Positions 27,701 through 35,174 of a stretch of DNA of 44,304 nucleotides are shown piece after piece (position 1 is the stretch's first letter; every line of letters begins with the position of its first letter). Source of the stretch: Casimicrobiaceae bacterium (GTDB lineage Bacteria; Pseudomonadota; Gammaproteobacteria; Burkholderiales; Casimicrobiaceae). The notes under the pieces are model-generated. The model was not told the origin of the DNA. It did not search any database and saw only the letters and a program-made list of their open reading frames with translations. The position numbers and the translations under genes are program-made. The stretch lies in assembly GCA_035542515.1 (NCBI GenBank), contig DATKLH010000607.1, positions 1-44,304 of the forward strand. The letters are read 5' to 3'.

Positions 27701-30017
27701 CGCCGAGGCCGTCGGCACTCGCACGGATCTCCACGAGGCGCTTGGATAGCGACGATTGTCCCTGTCCCGAGTCGTAATAGCGGTCGCGCGCAGGACCGCT
27801 CGCCTGACCCGGCATGTCCTCATAGACGAACGAAACCTGGTTGTTGGTGCCGCTTCCGCAATCGCTCGCAGGCGCGTCGCTCGCGTAGTAGCGTATCGAC
27901 GTCACCCAATACTCGACGCTGGGCAGCGCTCCAATCGGGATGGGCGTCGACTGCGATGAACTGAGCGAACCGCCTGGCGACTGACTGCAATTGCCATACA
28001 GCCGGATCAGGTTGAGACCGTAGGCTGGATCGGCCGGACCCGCCTCGTACGCACGATCGGCGTAATCGATCTCCATGAAATTCCCGGACCGATCGATCAC
28101 GCGGTCGAGCACCCATGTCTTGCCCACGTTCTTGCGCTGCTGCAAGACGCCGTTGCGGCCATTCGATTGTGTCCACCCCGCCGTGACGATCCACCAGCGC
28201 GACCCGTAGTCCATCACCTGGCCGGACTTGGTCCACACGCGGAAGCGATAGGGGCCAACCAGCAGGTTGCCGTTGGTTTGATCGGCTTCCTGATAGGCCT
28301 CGATGCGTGCGAACGAATCGAGCTCGGTGCGGTACTCGTACTTGATCGCGCTGATGCCGTTTGGAAACGTGGCGGTGCTGTAATTGGTGTCGACCAGCGA
28401 AGTCCCACCGTTGACGAGCACAAGCCGCTGGCCATCCAGACAAAACGCGTCGTCGTCCGCGTTGTTGTAGTTGATGGCCTGGCGCGTGCCGTCCTGCAAC
28501 TCCGTCTTCGGACAGCGCGCAATCATCGACAAGCCCGACAGCGACCAGCCGACGCCGAGGTGGCCGTTGCCCGATTGACTGCTGTAGACAAGCGCGAGGT
28601 TGGGCTGCATTCCCGCAGTGCCCGGTGGAACGGGTATCGGTATCGAATACGATGCGGCACCGTTGTCGCCGACCGAGAACGAGCCGGCCACGGTGCCGAT
28701 CCCAGGCGTTGGATACACGACCGGAATGACCTGGTCCGCTGCAGGAGGCGGCGAAACCGGAATGCTGACCACCGATACCGTCACGTTCTGCGAGGTCGAC
28801 AACCCGCCGCTGTCCGTGACCTTCACGGTCAAGGTGTAATCGCCGGTTGCCGATGGCGTCCACTGCAGTGCCACGTTGGCGGGCGCGACATGAACGACCT
28901 TGCCGAGCTCGGTGGCGCCGTTGAGCAACTGGATGGTGAGGTTGTCGCCCGTGTTCGCATCGGTCGCGACGACGTTGAATGTCACCGGCGTGCCGGGTGA
29001 AGCGCTTGTCGATGCCGGCTGGATCGACGAGATCGCGGGCGGCAGGTTGCTGCCCGGCGCAACGACCGTGAAACTCAGCGTGGCATCAGTCGCCTGCCCC
29101 GCGCCATCCTGAGCGCGCGCCCGCACGGCGTAAGCACCCGCCGGCGGACTCACCGTTACAGACACGGCCGAGCCGCTGCTGCTCGCGAGCAGATTGTTGC
29201 CGTTGAACAGGAAGGTCGTAAGCGGCCCGCATCCTGCCGCAACGCTGCCTGTCGCAGCGACCGTCACTGGAGCGAGGATCTGTGCTCCCGGCGGCGGTGA
29301 AGGAGAGACGAAGTTGATGGTCGGCGGTGCACACGCGGTCAGCGTTAGCGGTGCGGAGGTCGTGGTGACGCCTCGCTCGTCCTTGGCTCTCGCGGTGAAC
29401 ACGTAAGTGCCCGGGCCCGGGACGCCCCACGGCGAATACGTGTAGAGAGGCAGGTTAGTGCCCAGCGAGGAGTAGGTCTTGCCCTCCGATTGCGACACGA
29501 AGTCGACCTGCTTGATGTCGCATCCATTGCCCGGGCTCGACGCGACTGCCTGCAGCGTGAGGTTGCCCGCCGCACCGAAAGGCGAAGGAGGCAGCGTGCT
29601 CATCGACACGCTCGGAACGTCGCAGACTTTCACCTGCACGACGCTGGACGTGCGGCTGAAGCCCGACGACGTCGCCGTCGCCGACAATGGATGGATTCCC
29701 GCGGGCGTCGCTGTCCAGCTCCTGGTGTACGGCGAACGGCTGCTTCCGCTCGCGCCGAGCGACAGCGGGCCATCGAAGAACGATACCGACTGGATGGTTC
29801 CCTGGTTGACCGTTGCGGTGGCCGATAACGTAACCGTCGTGCCCAGCGCGATCGGCGATGGAGCGGTGAGTGTGATCTGCGGCGTCCGGGCGTTTGCGTA
29901 TCCGGCCAGCACCAACTCGATGATGTCGAGCTCGTCGTGCGTTTGCACCTGGGCCGATGCGCACATGGCCCACGTCATGACCGCCGCCGCCGCGCAAGCG
30001 CGCTTGAGCTGATTCAC
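21798..30017 (-). CDS. secreted RHS/YD polymorphic toxin: signal peptide, 4 Ig-like domains, SpvB-like domain, 7 FG-GAP/VCBS repeats, YD repeats, RHS core, C-terminal toxin (TcB-TcC-like fusion)
   Basis: GTG start with GGAGGA RBS; signal ...AMCASA|Q; SpvB-type GAASYSIPIPVPPGTAGMQPNLALVYSSQSGNGHLGVGWSL; seven D-x-[ND]-[GN]-D-G-x-x-D repeats; RHS core GYTGHEQ...MNGRIYDP...GRFLEADP...NRYAYVLNNPLSFTDPTG. Confidence 0.92.
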   Translation of the reverse strand: MNQLKRACAAAAVMTWAMCASAQVQTHDELDIIELVLAGYANARTPQITLTAPSPIALGTTVTLSATATVNQGTIQSVSFFDGPLSLGASGSSRSPYTRSWTATPAGIHPLSATATSSGFSRTSSVVQVKVCDVPSVSMSTLPPSPFGAAGNLTLQAVASSPGNGCDIKQVDFVSQSEGKTYSSLGTNLPLYTYSPWGVPGPGTYVFTARAKDERGVTTTSAPLTLTACAPPTINFVSPSPPPGAQILAPVTVAATGSVAAGCGPLTTFLFNGNNLLASSSGSAVSVTVSPPAGAYAVRARAQDGAGQATDATLSFTVVAPGSNLPPAISSIQPASTSASPGTPVTFNVVATDANTGDNLTIQLLNGATELGKVVHVAPANVALQWTPSATGDYTLTVKVTDSGGLSTSQNVTVSVVSIPVSPPPAADQVIPVVYPTPGIGTVAGSFSVGDNGAASYSIPIPVPPGTAGMQPNLALVYSSQSGNGHLGVGWSLSGLSMIARCPKTELQDGTRQAINYNNADDDAFCLDGQRLVLVNGGTSLVDTNYSTATFPNGISAIKYEYRTELDSFARIEAYQEADQTNGNLLVGPYRFRVWTKSGQVMDYGSRWWIVTAGWTQSNGRNGVLQQRKNVGKTWVLDRVIDRSGNFMEIDYADRAYEAGPADPAYGLNLIRLYGNCSQSPGGSLSSSQSTPIPIGALPSVEYWVTSIRYYASDAPASDCGSGTNNQVSFVYEDMPGQASGPARDRYYDSGQGQSSLSKRLVEIRASADGLGVAEGTISTRFGLAYTASQQTGRSLLQSVTRYGSDGVALPATLFAWAANDSATGWNATGRTFAQSSVVVPFGINPSNQGDPGVMVGDWNGDGLSDLLGWRTRPHPFLPGWYVHELVVCLANGAGFTCGSNGVFNSSATRVVDQDSSAFYGSGTLQLELLDANNDGKVDLAWSDSSGNWTLCLSDGQFACTPAAGTWKTSKPNGPTFRGDFDGDGRIDVVTYLGNAVYEVCLNRDTGFACYQQNLNSQVANGLPAYPYTPCSAAEGSGCEAFTDSNVQYQVLVADVNGDGKADLIRRRSDSDLEDRWKACFSDFGPGTSNSFVCHDRFIQAAKGRVDNTVLYDFNGDGIADLASTEGGVNQWRVCLSTGDGAFEFRDPYVHWDPGYVDPVTGVHGAYVDASGTAVSYYDSTVTPRCRVWNGTGASGNTKVIYGDFNGDGRTDVASWNSSSRAWTVCMSTGSDFACANWAGPVIGKSNPDLNQWVLTGDFDGDGKTDLICLAGGCNGQLGLSAGPRFGDVLTKITTGLGATTQVTYAPLTDGSVYSKGAGAAPTQRELDVQSPLYVVKHTDESNGIGGFFKNDYFYENLRGRTDGRGLYGFFKKRVRDGNNIVTETEYLRVAASSYPSNWAVVGRPSVVRKYAPNPATFVADISQSSAFTGGTTLFGTSLRLVNRSTNSWEMRSSSSCGSVCGGAPVIVTSNLSQSVDESWELDGSALPTMTTTTPFAFVDAYGNPQQVTVTSSDGYIKDTVNTYQNDAGPRWLPGRLTRADATLTHPRFGAVKRVAAFTYQGMNGTCTGAAAGQSCDEIVEPDFVNDSATAYSLWQQTSYRYDSYGNRVATTVQFKDRAGTLNSRATTTQFGYNGRFATLVTNALNQSESRQFDTRWGLMVMLQGPNGVVTNNLYDGFGRKYGERILDASGNRLKETFAPTETSGLTGFERYRTRALVSGGAETQTYFDELQRETRTAAKAFNAGTYAQVSTAYDSLGRKSATSKPAGAGTITTTYSSYDPLNRPLTEQTTGSGLSLTTTYAYKAITTATGLTIDGASVGGGLYTTLTQTGTGIASRAIVKYVNSQGQTVRVTDGENGSTDFVFDSYGNLIKTIGPAGIAEQLSYDRRGRKIGLASADSGAWSYEYDGIGQLVRQTDAKGQVTRMFYDAIGRVVERREHPGGESTTPFVTISSFDAYADGTGCAYGIGKLCEVRTATAARTSVGGALVNPETRRVSTFDAAGRPFKDTTQVDGRSFDHVTTFDVNGRVDKLVYPSGYIVVHRYTPWSGVLDQVAEWRGTSTGAVHWQANSRFADGQIQSMQVGSAATTKGYDGFGRVASISTSGGTQAASYAFDALGNLTSRNGPESGGSAQTFAYDRVNRLTNFAGLTASYSADGNISVKAGSTYAYVPGTHRLSSAAGNSYAGYDANGNVGTITNAGVTRALTYAPFNLPSTIAGPGGTLAYVYDGAHARIKETSAGAASSGTTYYLGDYEEHLRAGDAVLEQRHYLGTPEGVIGLYTARSNGANDLRYWHKDHLGSVVVITDAVGTVKQSFAYDAWGNRTQTVLATGEPYAEERGYTGHEQLVEVGLVHMNGRIYDPGVGRFLEADPIVQDPLNGQSYNRYAYVLNNPLSFTDPTGFSWWTKWRKPLLAIAAAATLQWYVPSALLADLAPFEVTTEAFSSANFVGAVAGGFAAGGIQGGNIESALQGAVFASLNFGIGALTGHTPAFGTNEFAANVALHAGLGCGQQAAAGGSCRGGALSGGFSAFAGPLIQGPYAVQLAGHAAIGAAASRLAGDQATNGAVTAAFGYLFNEAAGASASPGADLPPAPQWVVDFAAGFGDNLSFGITRWIRDRFDIGSVDRTSGPYFAGEMVGMAESTFLGGALGLRLAGTAGPGVEFSHWIPNRWGGPRSLLNGNFVTDVEHALSDPYRYRFMDRAWKALNPMPTMLVQQWNRIPWLWKGSGGGAGYGAASVWGN

Positions 30018-30137
30018 GCCGGTCCTCCGATTGCCCGGTTCTTCTGGTCGCCAAGCATTCGCACGACACGCAATGCGCGATCGCCGCGCGCACATTCGCG
30101 TGTCGCGTTCGCGATGCCGCGTCCGCCCGAGGCTGCG

Positions 30138-30506
30138 TTAGCTCACTTCGAGCAACACCAGGACGCAGAACGGCTTGTTGGTGGGGTCGTAGTCGATGCG
30201 GCTGACATTGCGACCGGTCACCTTGGCCATCAACAGCTGCGCCTGGAGCGCCTTGCCGGTGGCGGTGGTGACGTCGAATACGAATTGCACGCAGCCGCTT
30301 CGGGTCGCGTCGCTCTGCAACGCCTCGGACCATCCGAAGTACGCACGATTCTGGTTGGGTGCCGAAGGAATGTTGTTGACTCCACTGACGGTCACGGACT
30401 TGACGCCGATGTCCGAGCAGTAGGTCGAGCTGGTGCAGCTGGCCGATGCCAGAGTCGGACAGCACACAGCGAGCAGGACGGCGACGAGGACAAGCCAAGG
30501 TCTCAT
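30138..30506 (-). CDS. small secreted Cys-containing protein, possibly AB5-toxin B-subunit-like (OB fold)
   Basis: GGGAGAG RBS; signal MRPWLVLVAVLLAVCCPTLASA; about 100-aa mature chain with 4 Cys; helix-strand motif LQAQLLMAKVTGRNV. Confidence 0.7.
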   Translation of the reverse strand: MRPWLVLVAVLLAVCCPTLASASCTSSTYCSDIGVKSVTVSGVNNIPSAPNQNRAYFGWSEALQSDATRSGCVQFVFDVTTATGKALQAQLLMAKVTGRNVSRIDYDPTNKPFCVLVLLEVS

Positions 30507-30966
30507 TGGGTCTCTCCCGGAGATGCGACTAACGTGATACCGGTGCGCGCTTGAAACGCGATCTCGTCGAAGCGCGCTCTCATCGCACCGTGCTGGCGTT
30601 TTCAGCGTCGACGCGATGAGACGCATCGTCACCGAAAGGTTGCTCGCGTTCCATACAACCAACGGATGATGCGCATCGCGTGACAAGTCGCGATTGCGAG
30701 CTGCGCATGCCGCGATGTCGCGGATGTCGAGGCTCGCGATGCATCGGGCGAGTCGATCGCGATACTGTCACTTCCAACAGGGGGGCGATGGCGAAACGCT
30801 GCTCGCTTGTTGCCGATCGGCGAGCGAAGAAAGTCGCTCGAAGGGTGCGGATCGCCGAGCGGACAAGCGGCTCGCGCGTGCGGATTGGCGAGGGTGCAGG
30901 GATGCGAGCGCTTGACCGTCACGCTCGTGAATTGGAGCTAGAACCTGTCTCGAAATGGACGCATGC

Positions 30967-31358
30967 CCCTCACCCGCGCGCCGCTTGCGCGGCACGCGAC
31001 CTCTCCCGCAGGCGGGGCGAGGTATCCAAGTGCGCCGTCTCGCACTAGCAAGGAGTCGTCTCGCGCAAGCGGGGAGTCGTCTCACGCAAGCGGGAGTCGT
31101 CTCGCATAACCGCGGAGTCGCCTCGCGCAAGCGGGAGTCGTCTCGCGCAGCGGGAGTCGTCTCGCACGAGCGCGGAGTCGATTCGCACTACCGCGGAGTC
31201 GTCTCGCACGAGCAAGGAGTCGTCTCGCACGACCGCGGAGTCGCCTGGCGCAAGCGGGGAGTCGTCTCACGCAGCGGGAGTCGTCTCGCGCCAGCGGTCA
31301 GTCATCTGCCCTGAAGACTCCCTCTCGCCGCACAGTGGAGAGAGGGCCGGGTGAGGGC
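30967..31358. repeat. REP-like inverted pair enclosing a 19-21 bp tandem array (12 full copies plus one partial; core GGAGTCGTCTCGC)
   Basis: Left arm CCCCTCACCCG...CTCTCCCGCAGGCGGGGCGAGG (30967-31022); array about 31034-31297; right arm CTCCCTCTC...GAGAGAGGGCCGGGTGAGGGC (31318-31358). Confidence 0.85.
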
Positions 31359-31468
31359 GAATTCAAGATGATTTGCAGGCTGTCAATGCGGCCCTCAGCG
31401 ATCGCTGATCGCACGCCCACGATGTAGCGCTGCCCTGCGCGAGCGCCACGAACTGCGCGGACGAAACG

Positions 31469-32134
31469 CTAGCCGATGCGCCGGAAGGCGACCATCGACT
31501 GGCCGCGGGGATGACCCCAACCGCCGATGCGCTCGACGTCGAGTTGCGCCGGTGCCATCCAGCGCAGCTCATCGAGCGAATAGTGGTAGGGATCGCGGTC
31601 GAATTGGGTGACGATCCCGGCAGGCGGATGCTCGATGGGATCCAGATGCGCGCGCGTCGGCGCATGGAAATAGCTCGCGTAGAAGCAGCCGGCGGGTTCG
31701 AGCACCCTGGCGATCCGATTAAGGCACACGGTGATGTGGTTCATCGGCAGGTGCGTGAACAGCGAGACCGCGATCGCATAATCGAACTGCCTGCCGAACC
31801 GATCGAGGTCGAAGCGATCGCTCACCAGGAGCTGCGCATCCTTGTCGCCAAGGCCGGCGTCCCTGAGTTCCTTCCGGCCGGCCTCGATCAGCGACGCGTT
31901 GACATCGAGACCATGGTAACGACTGCGCTCGAGGTAGCGCACGAAATGCACGCCGCCGCGAAGCGCACCGCAACCCACGTCGACGAACCGATGCGACGGT
32001 TTCAGTCCCCGTCCGCGCATGAAGTCGAGCTGCAGCGCGCCGATCTCGTCCCACATGCCGCCTACGAATTCGCGGTGCGCCTTCGCGTCGATTTCGGCAG
32101 GCGTGAGCTGCCTGCCGTACGAATTGACATCCAT
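31469..32134 (-). CDS. class I SAM-dependent methyltransferase
   Basis: FVDVGCGALRGG, YHGLDVN, FDYAIAVSLFTHL, RVLEPAG. Confidence 0.85.
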   Translation of the reverse strand: MDVNSYGRQLTPAEIDAKAHREFVGGMWDEIGALQLDFMRGRGLKPSHRFVDVGCGALRGGVHFVRYLERSRYHGLDVNASLIEAGRKELRDAGLGDKDAQLLVSDRFDLDRFGRQFDYAIAVSLFTHLPMNHITVCLNRIARVLEPAGCFYASYFHAPTRAHLDPIEHPPAGIVTQFDRDPYHYSLDELRWMAPAQLDVERIGGWGHPRGQSMVAFRRIG

Positions 32135-33502
32135 TCAATAACTCCCGGGCGCCGCGAAGCTCTCGAACCGCGTGTATTCGCCGAGGAAGGTCAGGCGCAC
32201 CGTGCCGATCGGTCCGTTGCGTTGCTTGCCGATGATGATCTCGGCGGTTCCCTTGTCCTGCGAGTCGGGGTTGTAGACCTCGTCGCGATAAATGAACAGG
32301 ATGACGTCGGCGTCCTGCTCGATGGCGCCCGATTCGCGCAGATCCGACATCACCGGTCGCTTGTTGGGCCGCTGCTCAAGCGAGCGATTGAGCTGCGACA
32401 GCGCGATCACGGGAACCTGCAGCTCCTTGGCGAGCGCCTTCATGGAGCGCGAGATCTCCGAGATTTCGGTCGCGCGATTCTCGCCCTGCGTCGTCGACTG
32501 CATGAGCTGCAGGTAATCGACGATGACCAGGCCGAGCTTGCCGTACTGCTTCATCAGCCGTCGCGCGCGCGAGCGCACTTCGATGGCGTTGAGCGCGGGC
32601 GTTTCGTCGATCACGATCGGCGCTTCGTTCAGGCGACCGAGCGCCGTCGAGAGCTTCTCCCAGTCGTCTGCAGCGAGCCGGCCGGTACGCAACTTGTGCT
32701 GGTCGAGGCGCCCCACCGAACCGATCAAGCGCAGCGCGAGCTGCGTGGCGCCCATTTCCATCGAGAAGACCGCGACCGGAAGGCCGGCGTTCAACGCGAC
32801 GTTCTCGCCGAAATTGAGCGCAAGTGCGGTCTTTCCCATGCTCGGCCTACCCGCCACGACGATGAGTTCGCCCGGTTGGAAACCGGAGGTCATCGAATCG
32901 AGATCCTTGAACCCGGTCGGAACACCCGTTACATCTGATGGATCGTCGCGGTTGTACAGCATCTCAATGCGATCGACGACGCTGGCGAGCAGCTTGCCGA
33001 TCTCTTGAAATGCCTGTGCTCCACGCGCACCTTGTTCGGCAATGTGCAAGACCTTCGCTTCTGCCTGATCCAGTACTTCTCGGGCGGACTTGCCGAGCGG
33101 CTGATATGAGAGTTCAGTTATTTCAGTGGCTGTTGAGATCAGTTGTCGAAGAATCGAGCGCTCTCGCACAAGCAACGCGTAGTGACGAATGTTCGCCGAA
33201 GTGGGGACGTTCTGAACCAGTGCACTCAGATACGCAATACCGCCAACGTAGTCGTATTTTTGAAGTGACCGTAGCTGCTCCGATACCGTCACAACGTCTG
33301 CTGGCTTGCCCTCTGCAATAAGCTGAGTGATAGCGCGATAAAGTATTTGATGTATCTCGACGTAGAAATCTGACCCCGAAACCAAATCGCCGATTCGGTC
33401 CGCGGCTTCATTATCGAGCAATAGGCCGCCGAGCACTGACTGCTCCGCCTCCATCGAATGTGGTGGGAGTTTGAATACGTCGACAGGAGTTTCGTCAGGC
33501 AT
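32135..33502 (-). CDS. dnaB: replicative DNA helicase
   Basis: PPHSMEAEQSVLGGLL, AGRPSMGKT, FSMEM, VDYLQLM, LSQLNR, SDLRESGAIEQDAD, KQRNGP. No intein. Confidence 0.97.
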   Translation of the reverse strand: MPDETPVDVFKLPPHSMEAEQSVLGGLLLDNEAADRIGDLVSGSDFYVEIHQILYRAITQLIAEGKPADVVTVSEQLRSLQKYDYVGGIAYLSALVQNVPTSANIRHYALLVRERSILRQLISTATEITELSYQPLGKSAREVLDQAEAKVLHIAEQGARGAQAFQEIGKLLASVVDRIEMLYNRDDPSDVTGVPTGFKDLDSMTSGFQPGELIVVAGRPSMGKTALALNFGENVALNAGLPVAVFSMEMGATQLALRLIGSVGRLDQHKLRTGRLAADDWEKLSTALGRLNEAPIVIDETPALNAIEVRSRARRLMKQYGKLGLVIVDYLQLMQSTTQGENRATEISEISRSMKALAKELQVPVIALSQLNRSLEQRPNKRPVMSDLRESGAIEQDADVILFIYRDEVYNPDSQDKGTAEIIIGKQRNGPIGTVRLTFLGEYTRFESFAAPGSY

Positions 33503-33557
33503 GTTGGCGCAGCTAGTCGCGGGATCAACGACGATTCTGTACTACAAGACGACAAAC

Positions 33558-33586
33558 AAAAAGAGAGGCCTTGGGCCTCTCTTTTT
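33558..33586. terminator. bidirectional Rho-independent terminator after rplI
   Basis: AAAAAGAGAGGCC-TTG-GGCCTCTCTTTTT. Confidence 0.85.
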
Positions 33587-33604
33587 CGCTTTATTCATAA
33601 GGGG

Positions 33605-34063
33605 TTAGGTCGTGACGGTCTCGCCGACCACCGTGACGGTCACATGCGCAGTCACGTCGGTGTGCAGCACGACGGTGACCGGATGATCGCCCACCTGCTT
33701 GAGCGGGCCCGACGGCATGCGGATCATCGACTTCTCGACGTCCACGCCCTGCGCTTTGAGCGCCTCGACGATGTCGACGTTGGTCACCGAGCCAAAGAGG
33801 CGACCGTCGACGCCGGCCTTTTGCGCGATGCGCAGCGTCGTGCCCTCAATCTTCTCGCCCTGCGCCTGGGCCGTGGCGAGCTTCTCGCCGGCCGCCTTCT
33901 CGAGGTCGGCGCGGCGTTCCTCGATCGCCTTCAGGTTCTCGGGAGTGGCGCGCTTCGCGAGCCCTTGCGGGATCAGGAAATTGCGCGCGTAGCCGTCCTT
34001 GACCTTTACCACGTCGCCGAGGTTGCCGACGTTGGCGATCTTCTCCAAGAGGATGATCTGCAT
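33605..34063 (-). CDS. rplI: 50S ribosomal protein L9
   Basis: MQIILLEK...[27 protein letters not shown]. Confidence 0.97.
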   Translation of the reverse strand: MQIILLEKIANVGNLGDVVKVKDGYARNFLIPQGLAKRATPENLKAIEERRADLEKAAGEKLATAQAQGEKIEGTTLRIAQKAGVDGRLFGSVTNVDIVEALKAQGVDVEKSMIRMPSGPLKQVGDHPVTVVLHTDVTAHVTVTVVGETVTT

Positions 34064-34077
34064 GTTCGCGCTCCGAG

Positions 34078-34362
34078 TCAGTGCAGATCGGTGTACGGCA
34101 GGAGCGCGAGGAAGCGCGCCCGCTTGATCGCCGTGGACAGCTGGCGCTGGTAGTGCGCCTTGGTGCCCGTGATGCGCGCCGGCATGATCTTGCCGTTCTC
34201 CTGGATGAAGTCCTTGAGCACGTCGATGTCCTTGTAGTCGATCTGCTTCACCTTCTCCAGGGTGAAGCGGCAGAACTTCTTGCGCTTGAACAGATTGTTG
34301 CCGCGCTCGCGGCGCTTGCCGTCCTTGCCTTTGGCCTTGCCCTTGCCGAATGTCCTTGGCAT
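34078..34362 (-). CDS. rpsR: 30S ribosomal protein S18
   Basis: KKFCRF...IDYKD...[11 protein letters not shown]...[13 protein letters not shown]. Confidence 0.97.
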   Translation of the reverse strand: MPRTFGKGKAKGKDGKRRERGNNLFKRKKFCRFTLEKVKQIDYKDIDVLKDFIQENGKIMPARITGTKAHYQRQLSTAIKRARFLALLPYTDLH

Positions 34363-34363
34363 G

Positions 34364-34666
34364 TCAGTGGTCCTCGGTAATGCGTTTGAATCGTGTGATG
34401 TGCAGTGAGAGCGTGATACCGGTGCGGTAGCGGCGCGCCAGGAAACCTTCGCAGCGGATCGCGGTGCCTGGCGCGACCGAGCTCATACTCGTCGCGATGT
34501 CACCGAACGCAACTGCGTGCAATTCGCAGTCGACCCGTCGCTCTCCACCCGCTTCGGACTGAACCGATCGATGCGCAAGCATGCAATCGATCGCCGCAAC
34601 TCCGGCCGGGGTATAACGCAAGTCATCGCGTCCGGAGAGCGTCGCGTCGAGCACGAGCCGGTTCAT
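34364..34666 (-). CDS. priB: primosomal replication protein N
   Basis: MNRLVL...LRYTPAG...HRSVQSEAG...GFLA; located between rpsF and rpsR. Confidence 0.9.
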   Translation of the reverse strand: MNRLVLDATLSGRDDLRYTPAGVAAIDCMLAHRSVQSEAGGERRVDCELHAVAFGDIATSMSSVAPGTAIRCEGFLARRYRTGITLSLHITRFKRITEDH

Positions 34667-34692
34667 CTACCGGCCGGCGTGCGATCGCGCGC

Positions 34693-35163
34693 TCAGGATT
34701 GAGCCGGAGCCGGTTCCGACGGTGCGCGCTCGGTACGCTCGCCGCGTTCGGGCCGTTCCCCGCGTTCCGGGCGCTCCCCGCGTTCCGGGCGCTCGCCACG
34801 CTCGGGCCGCTCGCCGTCGCGTCCGCCGGTGAGCGATCGCGCCTTCTCTTCCTTCATCATCGGCGACGGCGTGACGACCGCTTCGGTCATCGCGACAACC
34901 AGGTGGCGCAGCACCGCATCGTTGAACTTGAAGCCGTCCTCGAGCTCGTTGAGCGTCTGCTGCGGACACTCGATGTTCATCAGCACGTAGTGGGCCTTGT
35001 GCACCTTCTGGATCGGGTAGGTGAGCTGGCGCCGTCCCCAGTCTTCGAGGCGGTGGATCCGGCCGCCCTGGCCGGTCACCATCGTGCGATATCGCTCGAT
35101 CATCGCGGGCACCTGCTCGCTCTGATCCGGATGCACGATAAAAACAATTTCGTAATGACGCAT
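34693..35163 (-). CDS. rpsF: 30S ribosomal protein S6, with a C-terminal (GERPER)n tail
   Basis: [21 protein letters not shown]...[12 protein letters not shown]...FNDAVLRHL. Confidence 0.97.
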   Translation of the reverse strand: MRHYEIVFIVHPDQSEQVPAMIERYRTMVTGQGGRIHRLEDWGRRQLTYPIQKVHKAHYVLMNIECPQQTLNELEDGFKFNDAVLRHLVVAMTEAVVTPSPMMKEEKARSLTGGRDGERPERGERPERGERPERGERPERGERTERAPSEPAPAQS

Positions 35164-35174
35164 GAGCTTGGACT

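Noticed and set aside
30938-30956. CTAGAACCTGTCTCGAAAT as an IS5-like element end
   Set aside because: I found no matching inverted partner nearby; at most it is an orphan end.
31034-31297. Tandem array as a CRISPR or guide-RNA array, or as a coding ORF (30955-31314 and others)
   Set aside because: The constant part is only 13 bp. The 6-8 nt variable parts are related to each other rather than unique, and no cas or effector gene is adjacent. Unit lengths of 19, 20 and 21 bp shift the reading frame.
32135-33502. Intein in dnaB
   Set aside because: The length (455 aa) and contiguous helicase motifs leave no room for one.
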